NCBI GenBank assembly: GCA_951406725.2
Contig: OX597825.1
Location: 50,902,001 to 50,966,000, forward strand
Source: Octopus vulgaris
Lineage: Eukaryota
Direction: 5' to 3'
Length of the DNA stretch: 64,000 nucleotides
Every line of letters begins with the position of its first letter. Within the stretch, counting starts at the first letter, position 1. The notes below the pieces were generated by a model that was given only the letters and a program-made list of their open reading frames with translations, was not told the origin of the DNA and made no database searches. Below are positions 1 through 12,790 of the stretch, in pieces. The translations under genes were made by a program, and so were the position numbers.

Positions 1-366
1 TATAAAAACGTGGCCCTGTTTACATTATACTTCGTCTCGACCTGTTACCTTTTTTTAAAAAACGTATGCGTTTAGATTTTTAATCTTATTTTTATGTTAT
101 AGTTTACTCCTCATATAGACGTGCATACACATTGATATATATATATGTCTTTCCCCTCTGTGTTTAGCCCCTTTTGGGTAGTAAAGAAACAGATATATAT
201 ATGTATTTTTCCCTTTCGTCTCTCTCACTGTTGTTATTACTGTTATTTTTTCCCTTTTACAACTTGCTTTTGTATTCTTAATAACCTTTTTGTATTCTTC
301 CTTATTTTGTCTTATTTTACTTTACTTTATTTTATTAAGCCTCTTTTGATGTCCTTCCAAAAATAC

Positions 367-468
367 TTTCACACTGATGAGAATGACAATGCATAAATTT
401 AATCATATGATTATAATTTTTTTCTTACATATTTGTATTGTCCTTTGAAACGCGCGTACATAATGAAA
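367..468 (+). ncRNA. Type I hammerhead ribozyme motif (PLE-type, long stem II, decayed stem I)
   Basis: CTGATGA at 374-380. Stem II is GAATGACAATGCA (381-393) / TGTATTGTCCTTT (434-446). GAAA at 447-450 is followed by the palindrome ACGCGCGT and a GTA triplet. Stem I pairing is poor. Confidence 0.6.
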
Positions 469-769
469 CCAAATTTGTATTAAATCTACTTTTGATGCAA
501 CATCTTTTTCTCTTCCAATTATATAATTGTTTGTGGTATATTTATACCTATTACAATATTTTTCAACAACTGTTTTCATATTCTTATTTCTTGCTCTGGC
601 TGTTTTTTTTTTATGAATATGATGAATCTTTATTAGAAATCATTCCTTCTCCCTTTTTGGACCTCTCAAAAAGTTTGAATTGTTCTTTTTTGAATTTATT
701 TTTCCTATATATATATTTATATTTATTTATATATGTACGTATGTATAAGTCTCGTCACCACTGCAATCT

Positions 770-925
770 TCATCATCATCATCGACAGCATTTTTATCAT
801 TAAGTAATGTCCATATTCCATACTGACATGGACTTCCTTGCTTAACAAGAGCCATCGAGTATGAGGTCGGTATCATGCTCTTATGTCTGCGTTGGAATAC
901 TTTCTACAGTTGGATGTCCTTCCTA
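770..925 (-). mobile_element. Degraded SINE 3' fragment with (CAT)n tail
   Basis: (cat)n followed by tttctacagttggatgtccttcctaa resembles a recalled cephalopod SINE family. Confidence 0.35.
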
Positions 926-1732
926 AATTCTTTCATGTTTATCTAAATTCGTATTAGCAAATGAAACATGTGGTGAATAAATAAGCCCTAAAATTGTCCA
1001 ACTATTTTGTTATATAATAATTCTGCAAAGAATATTTCCAGAGATGTCAACTCTAATATGTACCGTATATCATTGCAACAAGGACACCACTTACATACTG
1101 GATTGTGAGACTGGAATAAGCAGATGTGTATCAAGAGGAAGCAGCTTGGATTTTAACCTACCTACATAATATTAATACAATGTATATATATATATATACA
1201 CATATATATAAGTTGAAATCTTTGCCTATGGAAATGAAGAGACAACTCACATTTTTGACACAACAAGCTATAACGTCGTACTTAAAGATTATAGTATAAA
1301 ATATATATATAACGAACTTGACATCAAATATCAGAGGAGAAAAACGAACGCATTCTCCCATAGAACTGAATCTATATGACTACCGTATGCCAGGCGACCA
1401 TGTTGTGCGTGAAAAAAAAAAATTCCGGCTAATTTTATGCCTATAAACGGTTTAATGAACTAAGAGAACCATCTAATCCTATATCATTTCAGGATCACAT
1501 AAATAGCGAGGCAGCCTAGTTTCTAGAAGTCCAGAGATACTTTTGTATATGTGATTCTCAGATGACTGTGGTAAAATTAATTTTTATTGCCACATCATTA
1601 TGACTGTACGGCGTAACTACCATTTTTAACCCTAGGAAGAGTCTTCTCTAGTTGGTTATAAATGCAAGCTGCACCCGGTATATATTGCAAGCTGGGGAGA
1701 GAACCCCTACCATCTTCTAGCTGACGACGGAA

Positions 1733-1780
1733 TACCCTGACCGAGCGGCTTCGAGCTACTTGTGCTCATCGTCAGTGGTG
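1733..1780 (-). ncRNA. Degenerate hammerhead ribozyme motif
   Basis: The minus strand reads CTGACGA-T-GAGC(acaagta)GCTC-GAAG-CCG(ct)CGG-TC. GAAA is mutated to GAAG and stem I is weak. Confidence 0.45.
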
Positions 1781-2293
1781 AATACTCGGTGGCGAGAGAT
1801 AACAGGAATTAACTCCAGCTCGAAATATATAAAAAAAATCAAGCGACAATCAGTCACTGAACTTGCAACAAGCAAAGTAGCTAATTAGAAAATCTCTATA
1901 AGTGATGGAAGTGGTAAATATACTGAGAAGAAATGTTTATCGCCACATCAATGTGGCCGTTTGACGTTCGAGTGCAGATTGCATCGATATCAAGCTGGAG
2001 GAGGCTCTTCCTGGGGTGAACGACGGTAGTAACATTTGTGTGGGATTATTCACAAAGATACTGACTTATTGAATGTGAGATGTGATGATCCCATACAAAC
2101 ATTTGGTCCTGATTAATTATTAACCATATTTTGCATATTTTTACGCGGAAGTAAATCTAATTTCCTATATACGCTTAACGGTAGAGCTGTAGATATCTAT
2201 AAGTCGCTTTCCTTTTGAGTGTACTAATTGATATAACGCCCAAACCTTGTAAGTAGGAGTAACCCAGTGTACCTACACGTTTCTATCAAAATA

Positions 2294-2310
2294 CACGCAC
2301 ACACACACAC

Positions 2311-2350
<40 letters not shown>
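2294..2350. repeat. (CA)n microsatellite
   Basis: Direct reading. Confidence 0.95.
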
Positions 2351-3133
2351 TTCAAGTATATAATGCTTTGTATGCTATACTTTTGTCCATTAACTTATAT
2401 AACTTGTTTGTTGTCATATATTAACCGATCTACATATATATAATCATACATGCATGTATACATATCTTTATATACGTACACATTTTTACATATATACCAA
2501 CAGATACACCCGCGCGCACACAAATATATTCTTGTGTGTGTGTGTGTGTATACATACTCAAAGACACAGAAATAGACAGACAGACACATTCATATATGTG
2601 GATGTGCGAGTGTGCTTCCTTGCTTGTGCACGTAAGTATAGAAAGCGCTGGAATTGTGAAACTGAAGCCACTATGCACGTTCAATTTTCCTATATTTTGC
2701 ATTAATTCCATCATATGAAATGGCACTCATGTCACATAGTGCTTAGCATCAAATATGGAATAAATAGCAGAATTGAAAATCCGAAAATGTACATGAACTT
2801 TCTATAAAATTTGAAGCAACTTCAATCGACCATATTTTACTTATGGGATTTGTGATTTTATGAAGAGGTAACTTTAAAGCAGCTACATTTAGACGGCTAA
2901 TTCTGAACTTTCTGCTTCCCTTGATTTCATGTATGACAATAACTTCAAAGATACTGGATCAGACGTTGAAGAAAAGAATAAGAATGTATTATATTTCTGA
3001 ATGGAATAAATATATATGTGTGTGCGTGCGCGTGTGTGTGCGTGTCTGTGTCTGTGCGTCTCAGTGTCTGTGTAAATGTATGTATATATGTGTATATATA
3101 TATATGCATGTATGTTTGTACATGTATATATAC

Positions 3134-3585
<452 letters not shown>

Positions 3586-4239
3586 TGTATGTATGCATCT
3601 GTGTACGTGTGTATATATACACACATCTCACATAGATAGGTGTGTACGTATGCATGGATTACGCATTTTTGTACGAGAACATATGTTCAGTACTTTGAGT
3701 GGAAAGTATACGCTGAGACTCGTTAGGAAATATACAGTGAGAACGCGTTTGTGTATGTATTAATACAAAATATCAACCTGAATTGCATGCAAGTCCAGGT
3801 GGCATACAGGTCAGCAACTACGTGGGAAAGCATGCATTTTATGAAAATAACTTTCTCGAATAAAATTATTCACTAATACTCAAAAGTAACTTGAAGTTAA
3901 TATAAAGAATTATAAGTTACACTGATAACTTCACTTTTAAATGCACTAGTTATTACAAAATAAAGATTTTGATATTCAAATGTGATAACAGTTTTTTTTT
4001 TCTTTTTTTTGTATACTCTATGATGATTTAGCACACATTTCATAGGAGTACAGCGCATAATACAGGCTGCGAAACGTTGATATAATACAGCAGGAAAACA
4101 AATGCTAAATTTAAGGTGCTTGAGAATATAAATAATATATTAAAGTATAATATCTAACACACAATATGGTCAATTAAAATTTGTTGCACTTTCTAATCGG
4201 AAACCAAAACCATCAATATTGAAACCGATGCTTCTTTGC

Positions 4240-4720
4240 AACTGGCAGAGTATACAAAACGATCCATCCACCTTTTCCGTTCACTATTCCTGAGAGGATC
4301 GTGGCACCTTCGTCATAGGGTCCCGCCAGAAGCAAACGCCATTTCACTTTCCGACAAGGGTTCTCAAACGCGACCAACTGCGACTATGGATATCATCCAA
4401 TCATCTCGTTATTGGTCTACTGTTAGATTTTTTCCTTGTTGACTAAGCTTGAAGAATCCGACTAGCGTTTCTTTTCTGTGACATTCTAATTACATATCCG
4501 AAGTACCAGATATATGACCTCTTAATACGAGAAATAGCGGCTCGACCTGGATATATTCCCTCATCCCCAAGTAACGCAATCTGTCGAGTAAAACAACCAT
4601 TTTTGCTGCTTGTATTCGCGATCGCACACGTTCAGTCGTTATCCAGCAGCCATAGCCATTTATGAGGATAAGTACGAAAACCGAATTGAAGACAACTTGT
4701 ATGGTTCTTTTTTCTTTCAC
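4240..4720 (-). mobile_element. RTE-clade LINE, C-terminal fragment
   Basis: ORF 4490-4765 contains FNSVFVLILINGYGCWITTERVRSRIQAAKM...QVEPL, which is typical post-RT RTE sequence. Confidence 0.75.
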
Positions 4721-4789
4721 AATTTCCTCTAGAATATTACTGACCAGCATCCGCAATTTACGCATCCAATCTAGCCAGCTGAATTATTA

Positions 4790-5320
4790 AATTTCGACGC
4801 TAGATGTCTGGAAAAGAGATGTAGAGAAATTATCGAGAACAAGCTCGTTGAAGAAGTGTAGCTTTCGTCCTGGACGCAGTACGACGTACCAGATATTCAC
4901 TTTGTGCCAGGTAGTGAGAAATAGTGAGAATATTGCCAAGTGGTGCTTTATAAACCTCAAAGAGGAATATGACAAGGTGCCATGGAACATACTGATGGGG
5001 TGCAGGAGTTTAGGATTAATGGGCGAAGTCTGGTTGCCATTAAGTCCCTATACGAATGTCCTATACATGGCTGCTGGGCTTCGGCAGGATTGCGTATTGC
5101 CATCGCTCCTTTTCATAATTTTTATGAAGTGAATTTGACGTATGCAGCCGGGGAAATGGTTTTACGATCGGTGGGTGTAGAATCAGCCGGCTGATATTTG
5201 TAAAAGACATGCTGTTACTTGGCCCACCAGAAGATGATCATCTCCAGCATGCACTGAAAGGGTTTGCTGCCGAGTATTCCAAGGCAGGGATTAGAATTAG
5301 TGCTGCAAAATGTGAGACGT
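4790..5320 (+). mobile_element. RTE-clade LINE, RT fragment
   Basis: CSFRPGRSTTYQIFTL, FINLKEEYDKVP and GLRQDCVLPSLLF are decayed RT motifs. Confidence 0.8.
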
Positions 5321-5339
5321 GTCCTCTGAAGAAAGACAT

Positions 5340-7900
5340 TATTTCAATACGTGGAAAAGTTTAATTACAAAATCAAATATAACATCACAATTTGGCAAGA
5401 AGAATCTTCGCAATTTTAGAAACACTTTTCACCTCTTCAGTTATTTAAGAAAATATTCGGATAACTGTGCCCAGCAACATTAACAAATAAAGAAATTTAT
5501 CGCATCAAAGCAATAAATATTCAGCAATTGCGAAAAATAAGATAAACTTCAGATACATTCAATGTTTTACCTTCTATCTCAACACACAGCTCACGAAATA
5601 TAGGCGCACAGTCATTCATCAGGATATGTCACTATTGCACAAAGACCCAATAATGAAAATAACAGAAATACATGATAAGAAAGAAAACTAAAACAAACGG
5701 CATCTAAACAGAAATTGATATACAAAGTGAAGTGACACTAAGATAATTACTTTTAAAAAAAGAGAGATATTATCCCCATTTACTTTGTACTGCCTATGAT
5801 TACTACAGCAATTGTGGAAACGACTCCAAAAGAAATGAAAGAAAATACAAGATTAAGGGAACTGAAAAACGCCTTCATTGTATTGTGTTTTCTATATTTT
5901 TCCTTGTGTCGGAATACCTGTCTTCTCCCAGACAAGTAAAAATATAGAAAATAGAAGAGAGTGAGCGAGGGAAAATGCCACCCAATTCAAATCAAGACGT
6001 TAAGACAACGAACGAAGAAATTCTGTTAGAAGTGAAAGAAATTAGCAATAATTCTCAATTCTGTCAAGAGTATTTGATGACAAGAAAATTAATGTCAGAG
6101 GAAACAACAAGCTGGAAAGTAGATTTCAACTGGTTGAACGTTAGTTAAATTTGAAAAATAAAATCTATGCCCAAAATAAATGAGACTGTAATGTTGTAGA
6201 CATCGAAACGAAGCACTGGACCGAGGCAAGAAAGCAACGATGACAATATTCAAAGGACAAAATATTGAATGAAGTGTCGTTAGGGTTATCTTTGTAGCAA
6301 ATATTCTATGTTGAAAAGGCTAGTAAACCCGAAATATATGGAAAATGAATTAACTGAACATCAATAATCCAAAAACATTTGCAGTTTAGAATTATTCCAA
6401 TGTATCTGAGCAACAAAGAAAACTTGAGGTAAAGATGAAATTAAATAAATTTAGATTAGAAATAAAGTCATTGTATATGAGGGCAGAAATATATTCACAA
6501 AAATTTAGAGAAATTCATAAATAATTTGGAAGTGAACATTTTGAAAATAAATTAAAAAAAGAAAGAAATATAACACACTGACGATGGACCATTATGTGAG
6601 AATGCCTTTATACTTTGGAGACTAGAATACGAAGAGGAAGAAAATAATATCACTTCAAAGATGCGAACAAGTGATCGCTGATTCAGTAGTTACGAAGACT
6701 AATTTCAAAAGGCATGCAATACTGACAAAATAAAACCTGCAAAACCGAAGCGAAAATTACAGAACAAATACCAGGCAGGCAATCCTATAGTCGTCATGGC
6801 TACCAAAATGCTGAAATTAATTGCGTAAGATTCAGACAACGAAACAATATCATGTGAAGAAACGAAAGCCCCTCTTCACCAAGACGGAATTTTTCTCAGA
6901 GCTAGTGAATCCAGTTTAAACAAATGAATAGCAACTATAACCCAAAAGACGATTTAAGACACAGAAAACCTCAATCTGCATCCAACATTGAATAATATTA
7001 TTATGGAATACCGAATGGAAACATACTAAATAGTAGTAGTTACAGAAATAAAAATACGGCCGAGCGGAACTTTAGAGCATGTTTTCTTGATGAAAACGAT
7101 AAAAATCGGGACATTTAGTGCTACGAGATGCATATGTCGAATAAAAACCAAATGTGAGGCAAAATTATTCATTCTGTTGAACAAAAACTGTCAACACAAC
7201 AGATTTGAATTCTCTCAAAAGAACTAAAATTCATCCTGACTTCTCTCAAAATTTAAATTTTGATAAGATACGAGATGCTACCTCAAATTGTGAAGAAAAC
7301 TACGTTCAACAAAGATGTATTGGATAAGGAGAATATGAAGTACCTAAAATAATAAGGAAAAATTAACCATTGAAAGAATGAAATTCATTGGAATCGTGAT
7401 GGGAGCAATAGTTGCCCCAACTTACTTTAGTTATGATATACATAGTAGTCGAAATTATATGAAAGCGCTAGATTGAGAAAAAAAAGGTAACAATATCCAT
7501 AAATATCAATTGGTTTGGTGCAAACTATACTTGGGTAGTACTTTATCCAGTATATCTACATTCTCGATCAAGTTAATGAGTTCGAAACTTTGTCAATAAT
7601 ATATATATGATAGAATTCAATACACAAAGTAATCTAATTAAAATCAGTTACAGATACTTTATTTACTAACAGGATCTCCAATATCAAAACCGATATTTAC
7701 TTCAGTCAAACATTCAATATATTTCTCATTTCTATCCATCTAATTTGGTTAAAGGAATTTGCGGAACTGCATTCATTTTAGAATTTCAATATAAATGACT
7801 CCCAGAATTGAAGCTATTCTTTATCGCAAGACTCAGAAAAGCAACATTATCTAATTACGGAACAAAGGATTTTTAAAAAGTCGTTGAGAAGTTACGATGG
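5340..7900 (+). mobile_element. Highly decayed Penelope-like element (RT remnant)
   Basis: GIVMGAIVAPTY near 7390 matches the PLE GxAMGxxxAPxYA motif. IKTDIY near 7683 also matches. The strand is A-rich and coding-like. Boundaries are approximate. Confidence 0.6.
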
Positions 7901-8630
7901 TCTCGTGTCTCTTCAGATTCTCTTATGTTTTACTTTATACACTAATTCCTCGACTAATCTCTCGGGTGTTACGTTCGAACTCTGCCCCCTCACGATATGT
8001 GAAAATCCGCGAAGTAGAAACAGTACTGTATTTTTTAATCATTTTTTATAAATTGTACATTTTTTATTATAAATGCAAAAGAACACCACAGAGGAATCGA
8101 CGTAAGCTTAAATAATAAACTGCGATAGGTGATTGTCTTGCCTGCCTACGATTTCAGGTGTTTTAACACCTAGCCATATGAGATAGTTGTCCCCCAGGTC
8201 ATATACCGCAACGTACTTGCACACAGACAAAATACATACATTGCGAATGTAAGGTCGATTATGTTTACAACATTAGCACTGCTTTAAATTCGATTGTGTT
8301 TGATCTTACGTATGCATCGGCTGGCATACCAGCAAATATTGTGACACAATTTATACATAGTAATAGACTGGCGATTCAATTCTTCTCCCGTTCAATTTGA
8401 GTGTGTGATGTTCATAAGCCCCCAAAATGGTCAAATATCGGTATCACTCACTCCTGAATTCGATCAGGACAAACTCAGTGTTCAGATTTCTCCTTGAGAT
8501 TTTACAACCATTTTTTTTGCTGCAAATCAGTGACAGTTGGTCACTTTTTTTACAATATATTGCTGACAGAGGATGAGCCAAACAACTCGAAATTTTGTCT
8601 CACGATCCTTTTGCTGGTAGAGGATGGTAG

Positions 8631-8651
8631 GTGTTCGCTCCCCACTGCTAG

Positions 8652-8698
<47 letters not shown>

Positions 8699-8725
8699 TT
8701 TTTAGTGTTCGCTCCCCCCTGCTAG

Positions 8726-8770
<45 letters not shown>
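8631..8770. repeat. Tandem duplication of GTGTTCGCTCCCC.CTGCTAGCAA(TA)n
   Basis: Two copies start near 8631 and 8705, each followed by (TA)n. Confidence 0.85.
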
Positions 8771-8772
<2 letters not shown>

Positions 8773-9399
8773 TTTTTATGGGTCAAAATCGTATTATTGT
8801 AATTCACTTTTCCAAAGTTCTAATCTACAGACTGAATGAGCCTTAGCAAATTAAAGGTTGCCAAAGCTATATCTTTGTACTCTACTTCAGTGCTTTCGAT
8901 ATTAATTATATTAATAATATACCGAATCTGTTAGTGCTGTACACAGGGAATTCTGAAGAACCTGAGGACGCCTTAGGGCATTGTACCCCGTGTTTCAGTG
9001 ACAGTTGTCTCATGACGTCGTATATATACGTCGAACGTGGAGGAAAAATTGGTTGAGATTTAACTGTATTGAATACAGGTACTATATCAATACCAGTGAC
9101 CAGATAGGAATCATAGCCACAATGGGTTGTTACCGGGAACTCTATGGAGTCAGTTTTACCCCAAAGGTTTTTTAAAAATTAATTTCGTACTTAACCATAG
9201 ACCGAAACTATGATTTGCTAAAGACAAACATTGTTCTGGAGCTAACACTGATGTGCCAAAATGTAAACTTTAGAGGATTCTGCTATTGTGTCCGTGCCGC
9301 TGAAACGGGTTCATGAATTGAACGAAAAACTAGAACCTGAGGAAATTAGAAATAATATATTTCTAAATCTCTCAGAGAGATTGATTTATGCAGAAGTAG

Positions 9400-9784
9400 C
9401 ACGATAAAGTGATAGCATGTTATCAAATTAATGTGACAGTCCCATAAAAGGGAATAATGCTACTGTTATTTAGCCCTAGGAAACACCGGTTCCTGTTAGA
9501 CTTGACACATTTCCTGTGTCGTTATGTTTTCGAGGGCGGATAGGCATGGACATCTAGTAAACCGTGCTACTCCAGACTGATGATGAGCAATGACTCTGAA
9601 ACTAGTCTCTGAATGCTGGCTTTACTGGGTGGAGGTGCATGTCTCCACTTTGAAAACATAAGGACACAAGAAATGTGTCAAGTCCAACAGGAAATAGTGT
9701 TTTCTAGGGCTAAATAACAGTAGCGTTCTTCCATTTTATGAGACTCTCACATTAAGTTACCAACATGCTATTACTTTACCGAGG
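9400..9784. mobile_element. Fold-back (inverted repeat) element with a hammerhead core in its loop
   Basis: The arm at ~9400-9576 is the imperfect reverse complement of ~9608-9784, e.g. gctactgttatttagccctag / ctagggctaaataacagtagc and gacttgacacatttc / gaaatgtgtcaagtc. Confidence 0.85.
9571..9613 (+). ncRNA. Minimal type I hammerhead ribozyme
   Basis: cagaCTGATGA-T-GAG(caatga)CTC-T-GAAA-CTAG-TC-tctg. Stem III is the palindrome ACTAGT. Predicted cleavage is after GUC at 9607. Confidence 0.85.
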
Positions 9785-10029
9785 AAATTACTTATATCTC
9801 ATTAAAAAAAAAAAGACTTTGACATCTAAGTTTCGACATAGGACTTTGAACTAATTTCATTTGGCAAGCTTTGTCGCCACATCCTGCAAAGGTTAACAAT
9901 CTATCGGAAGTACCATTCAGGAAGGATAAGGTAGAATAAAATGTTCTGCACAAAAATAAGACGACTTCTGTTGAGGATCTGAAATCTTCACAATTCATAA
10001 CAAAAACAACTCAATGATTAGCATGCATT

Positions 10030-10455
10030 TCACTCTTTACTTGTTTCTGCTATTCAAATGCGGCCGTGCTGGGGCACTGCTTTGAAAGGTTTTAGTGGAG
10101 CTAATCGACTGCAGTACTTTGTTTGTTAATGCCTGGTACTTATTCTATCGGTCTATTTTTACCGAACCGATAAATTACAGCGATGTAAACACAGCAACAC
10201 CGATTGTCAAGTTGTAAAGGGACAAACACAAAGAAGCAAACACATACACACGCGCGTAAACGCAGATACAAACATACACACAGACACACACATAAACATG
10301 ACGGGCTACGTTCATTTTTCGCCAAAGACATTCACTCACAAGGCTTTGATCGGCCTGGGACTATAATAGAAAACACTTGTTCAAGGTGGCTCGCAGTGGA
10401 GTTGATCCAGAATGGCGTTGTTTGGGGAGCAAACTTTTACCATACAGCAACGCCC
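10030..10455 (-). mobile_element. tRNA-derived SINE (octopus-type)
   Basis: Homologous to 56605-56958 (ttattctatcggtctattt..ccga.ccg.taa.ttac; cacaagg.tttg). Confidence 0.8.
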
Positions 10456-11179
10456 ATGTTTTATTGGTAATTATTCTATAATCCCCAGAAATATGGCAAA
10501 TATTCTTCACCAGAGAGAAATTTCGAAATAGAAACCTAAATAATGAAGATAAACTCAGATTCTATTCAGACATAACAACCATTCTTCTGTTTGAAATATA
10601 TAAAAATAATACGAAGCCCTGCTCCAAATGGATTATTTTGTTGGAATCTTAAACCGATTCATAATTCATAAATTGCGTATCCATTGAAATCTCTGAAACG
10701 ATAGTATACTGGAAACAAGGACTAGAATAACTGATAAGACTTTGGATAATTCTTTGAAGTTTCAAAGAGTTGTCAATAATTGAAAGCAGTATATAGCATT
10801 CTTAATTAACCCTCTCTTTTGAACTCTACGTTTGCTACTTTTAAATACGTTGTAAGATGTTGACGAACACTGTGTTACGGCTTTACAATATCCTCTTTTT
10901 AACACCATAAATATGTCTGTTTGTTTCTCTTTATATCTTACTCTCTCCTTATATCTTTGTTTCTCTTTATATCAAAATAGCTATTTATATCTATGTCTCT
11001 CTTTATATCTAACGATCATGTTTGTTGCATGTCAAATGCCATATTTCTTTTACAAATTAACATTGTTTGAATTCTTGTTATCCGAAAAGCGTGTCTTTAC
11101 CTATGATTGGAAGGAAAGTACGGTAAAGTTGGTAGGGACTGTATAATGAAACTAATTAGCAGCTCAAATGTGGTCACAG

Positions 11180-12790
11180 TTAATGTATCGAAGTGAAATA
11201 ACTACTGCAAGCTTGGAGCAATTGTCCACTGCAAGATGATGAGGCAGTAAACAGGGCGATCGGAAAACTAAGGCACGCAGATATAGTCGGAGCGACGCAA
11301 GAAGCAAGTACCGGCCTAGGGTCGCAAAATTCCCGGCCATTTTGCAAGAGCAGTATAACTGAGATGAAAGAGGCAGTGGTATACGAAGTGAGAAAGGAGG
11401 AAGAAGAAAGGCGAAATGTACGTTTGATGCAATGTAGTCAACAGGGACAGTGCCTGAGATGGGAGGAATATGTGATCAACCGCAGAATATCATGGAAGAG
11501 ACTTTGGGCTTGGGAACAAGTAAGAACATCCTTCTTAATAAAGTCTACCTTCGACGTTCTACCCTCACCGGCGAACTTAGTCCGGTGGAACATAAAAACA
11601 ACCGATGAGTGTAGATGCGAAAAGAAAGCGACGGTTAGACATTTTCCGTCAAATTGCAGACTAGCACTGGAAAGATATACATGGCGGCATAATCAAGTTC
11701 TCGACGTCTTAAGCGCAGCACTCAAGGAGAAGATCGAGAGGTACAATAGGGGAGAGTACCCAAAAGTAGAAAAGCGCAGGAAAGTATACTTCCACAAGGA
11801 GGGAAAAGGATATAAAACCAGGCCTACAAGTAAAGTATACGAGATAGACGAAAGATGGAAGGGATACTGGTAGGTGGCCACGGACTTGGAAAGACAAGTA
11901 ATATTTGTAATAAATATAAATAATAAAAATAACAAAAGTAATAAACACAACAAGTAATAAAAACAACAAAACGACCGGATTTAGTTCTATGGAACAGAGA
12001 CCGGAGAATAGGAATTTTACTAGAACTGACAGTACCTTGGGAAGGGAACATCGGCAATGCAGAGGAACGAAAGGAGAAGAGGTACGAAAAGCTAATCGAA
12101 GAATGCAGAGAACAGGGATTGAATGTCGAATATTATCACCTGGCAGTGGGAGCTAGAGGCTTCATTGAAAGGAAAATGACAACGCTTTTCAAAAGAAGAT
12201 TAGTTTTTTCTAGCTCTGAGCTGCGAAAACTAATAAGGAGAGTACAGGAGGCGGTCGAAAAAGCCAGCTTCTATATATGGCTGAAGCGGGAAGACCGAAA
12301 ATGGCTTGAAAGTCATAACATGCCGGTCGGAAATAACATTATTAGGTGAGACAAGCTGACACTGAATCAGCTTCACTGACTGACAGGTGACGGTCGTTTA
12401 GAGAATGTGCTGGCTAAAACTACGCGCCTTCACTAGTCAGTTAAGGTGAGACAGTGTTACGTGACAACTTGCTGGGGATGCCTGCTGGAGCCTAGCGGCA
12501 GGTATTTAAAGGGAAAAATTTGACAAATCAGTCAGTCCCCGGCTGACACTCGCTGACGATACATCGAAGAGGCCAGGGAACAGAAGAAAGAAAAAGAAAG
12601 AAGGCATGCACCCAACACCAGAGCTGAAGGCACCTCCGAAAGTAGGGGCCCCACCACGTCAAAACGGTAGAGGAGTAGGGGCCGAAACTGGACGTAGTTC
12701 CTCCTGATGATGTATTGAGTTAACTGGATCCTATAAAGGAGCTATTGTGGTAGCAGACCACGAAACACGGTTGTAATTCCTCAGAGACTT
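11180..12790 (+). mobile_element. 5'-truncated non-LTR retrotransposon with restriction-like endonuclease (HERO/NeSL-like) and 3' UTR
   Basis: Zinc-knuckle region CRCEKKATVRHFPSNCRLALERYTWRHNQVL. RLE region RPDLVLW...LELTVPWEGNIGNAEERKEKRY. Stop at 11869-11873 and an A-rich insertion at ~11898-11970. Confidence 0.85.
12647..12710 (+). ncRNA. Candidate non-circularly permuted (rearranged) hammerhead ribozyme in LINE 3' UTR
   Basis: Pairings are GGCCCC/GGGGCC, ACGTC..CGGT/ACTG-GACGT and GAGGA/TCCTC. The GTA triplet, GAAA and CTGATGA all sit at the correct junctions. Confidence 0.6.

Noticed and set aside
8950-8985. CTGAAGA and CTGAGGA followed by a GCC/GGC hairpin
   Set aside because: No GAAA follows the stem.
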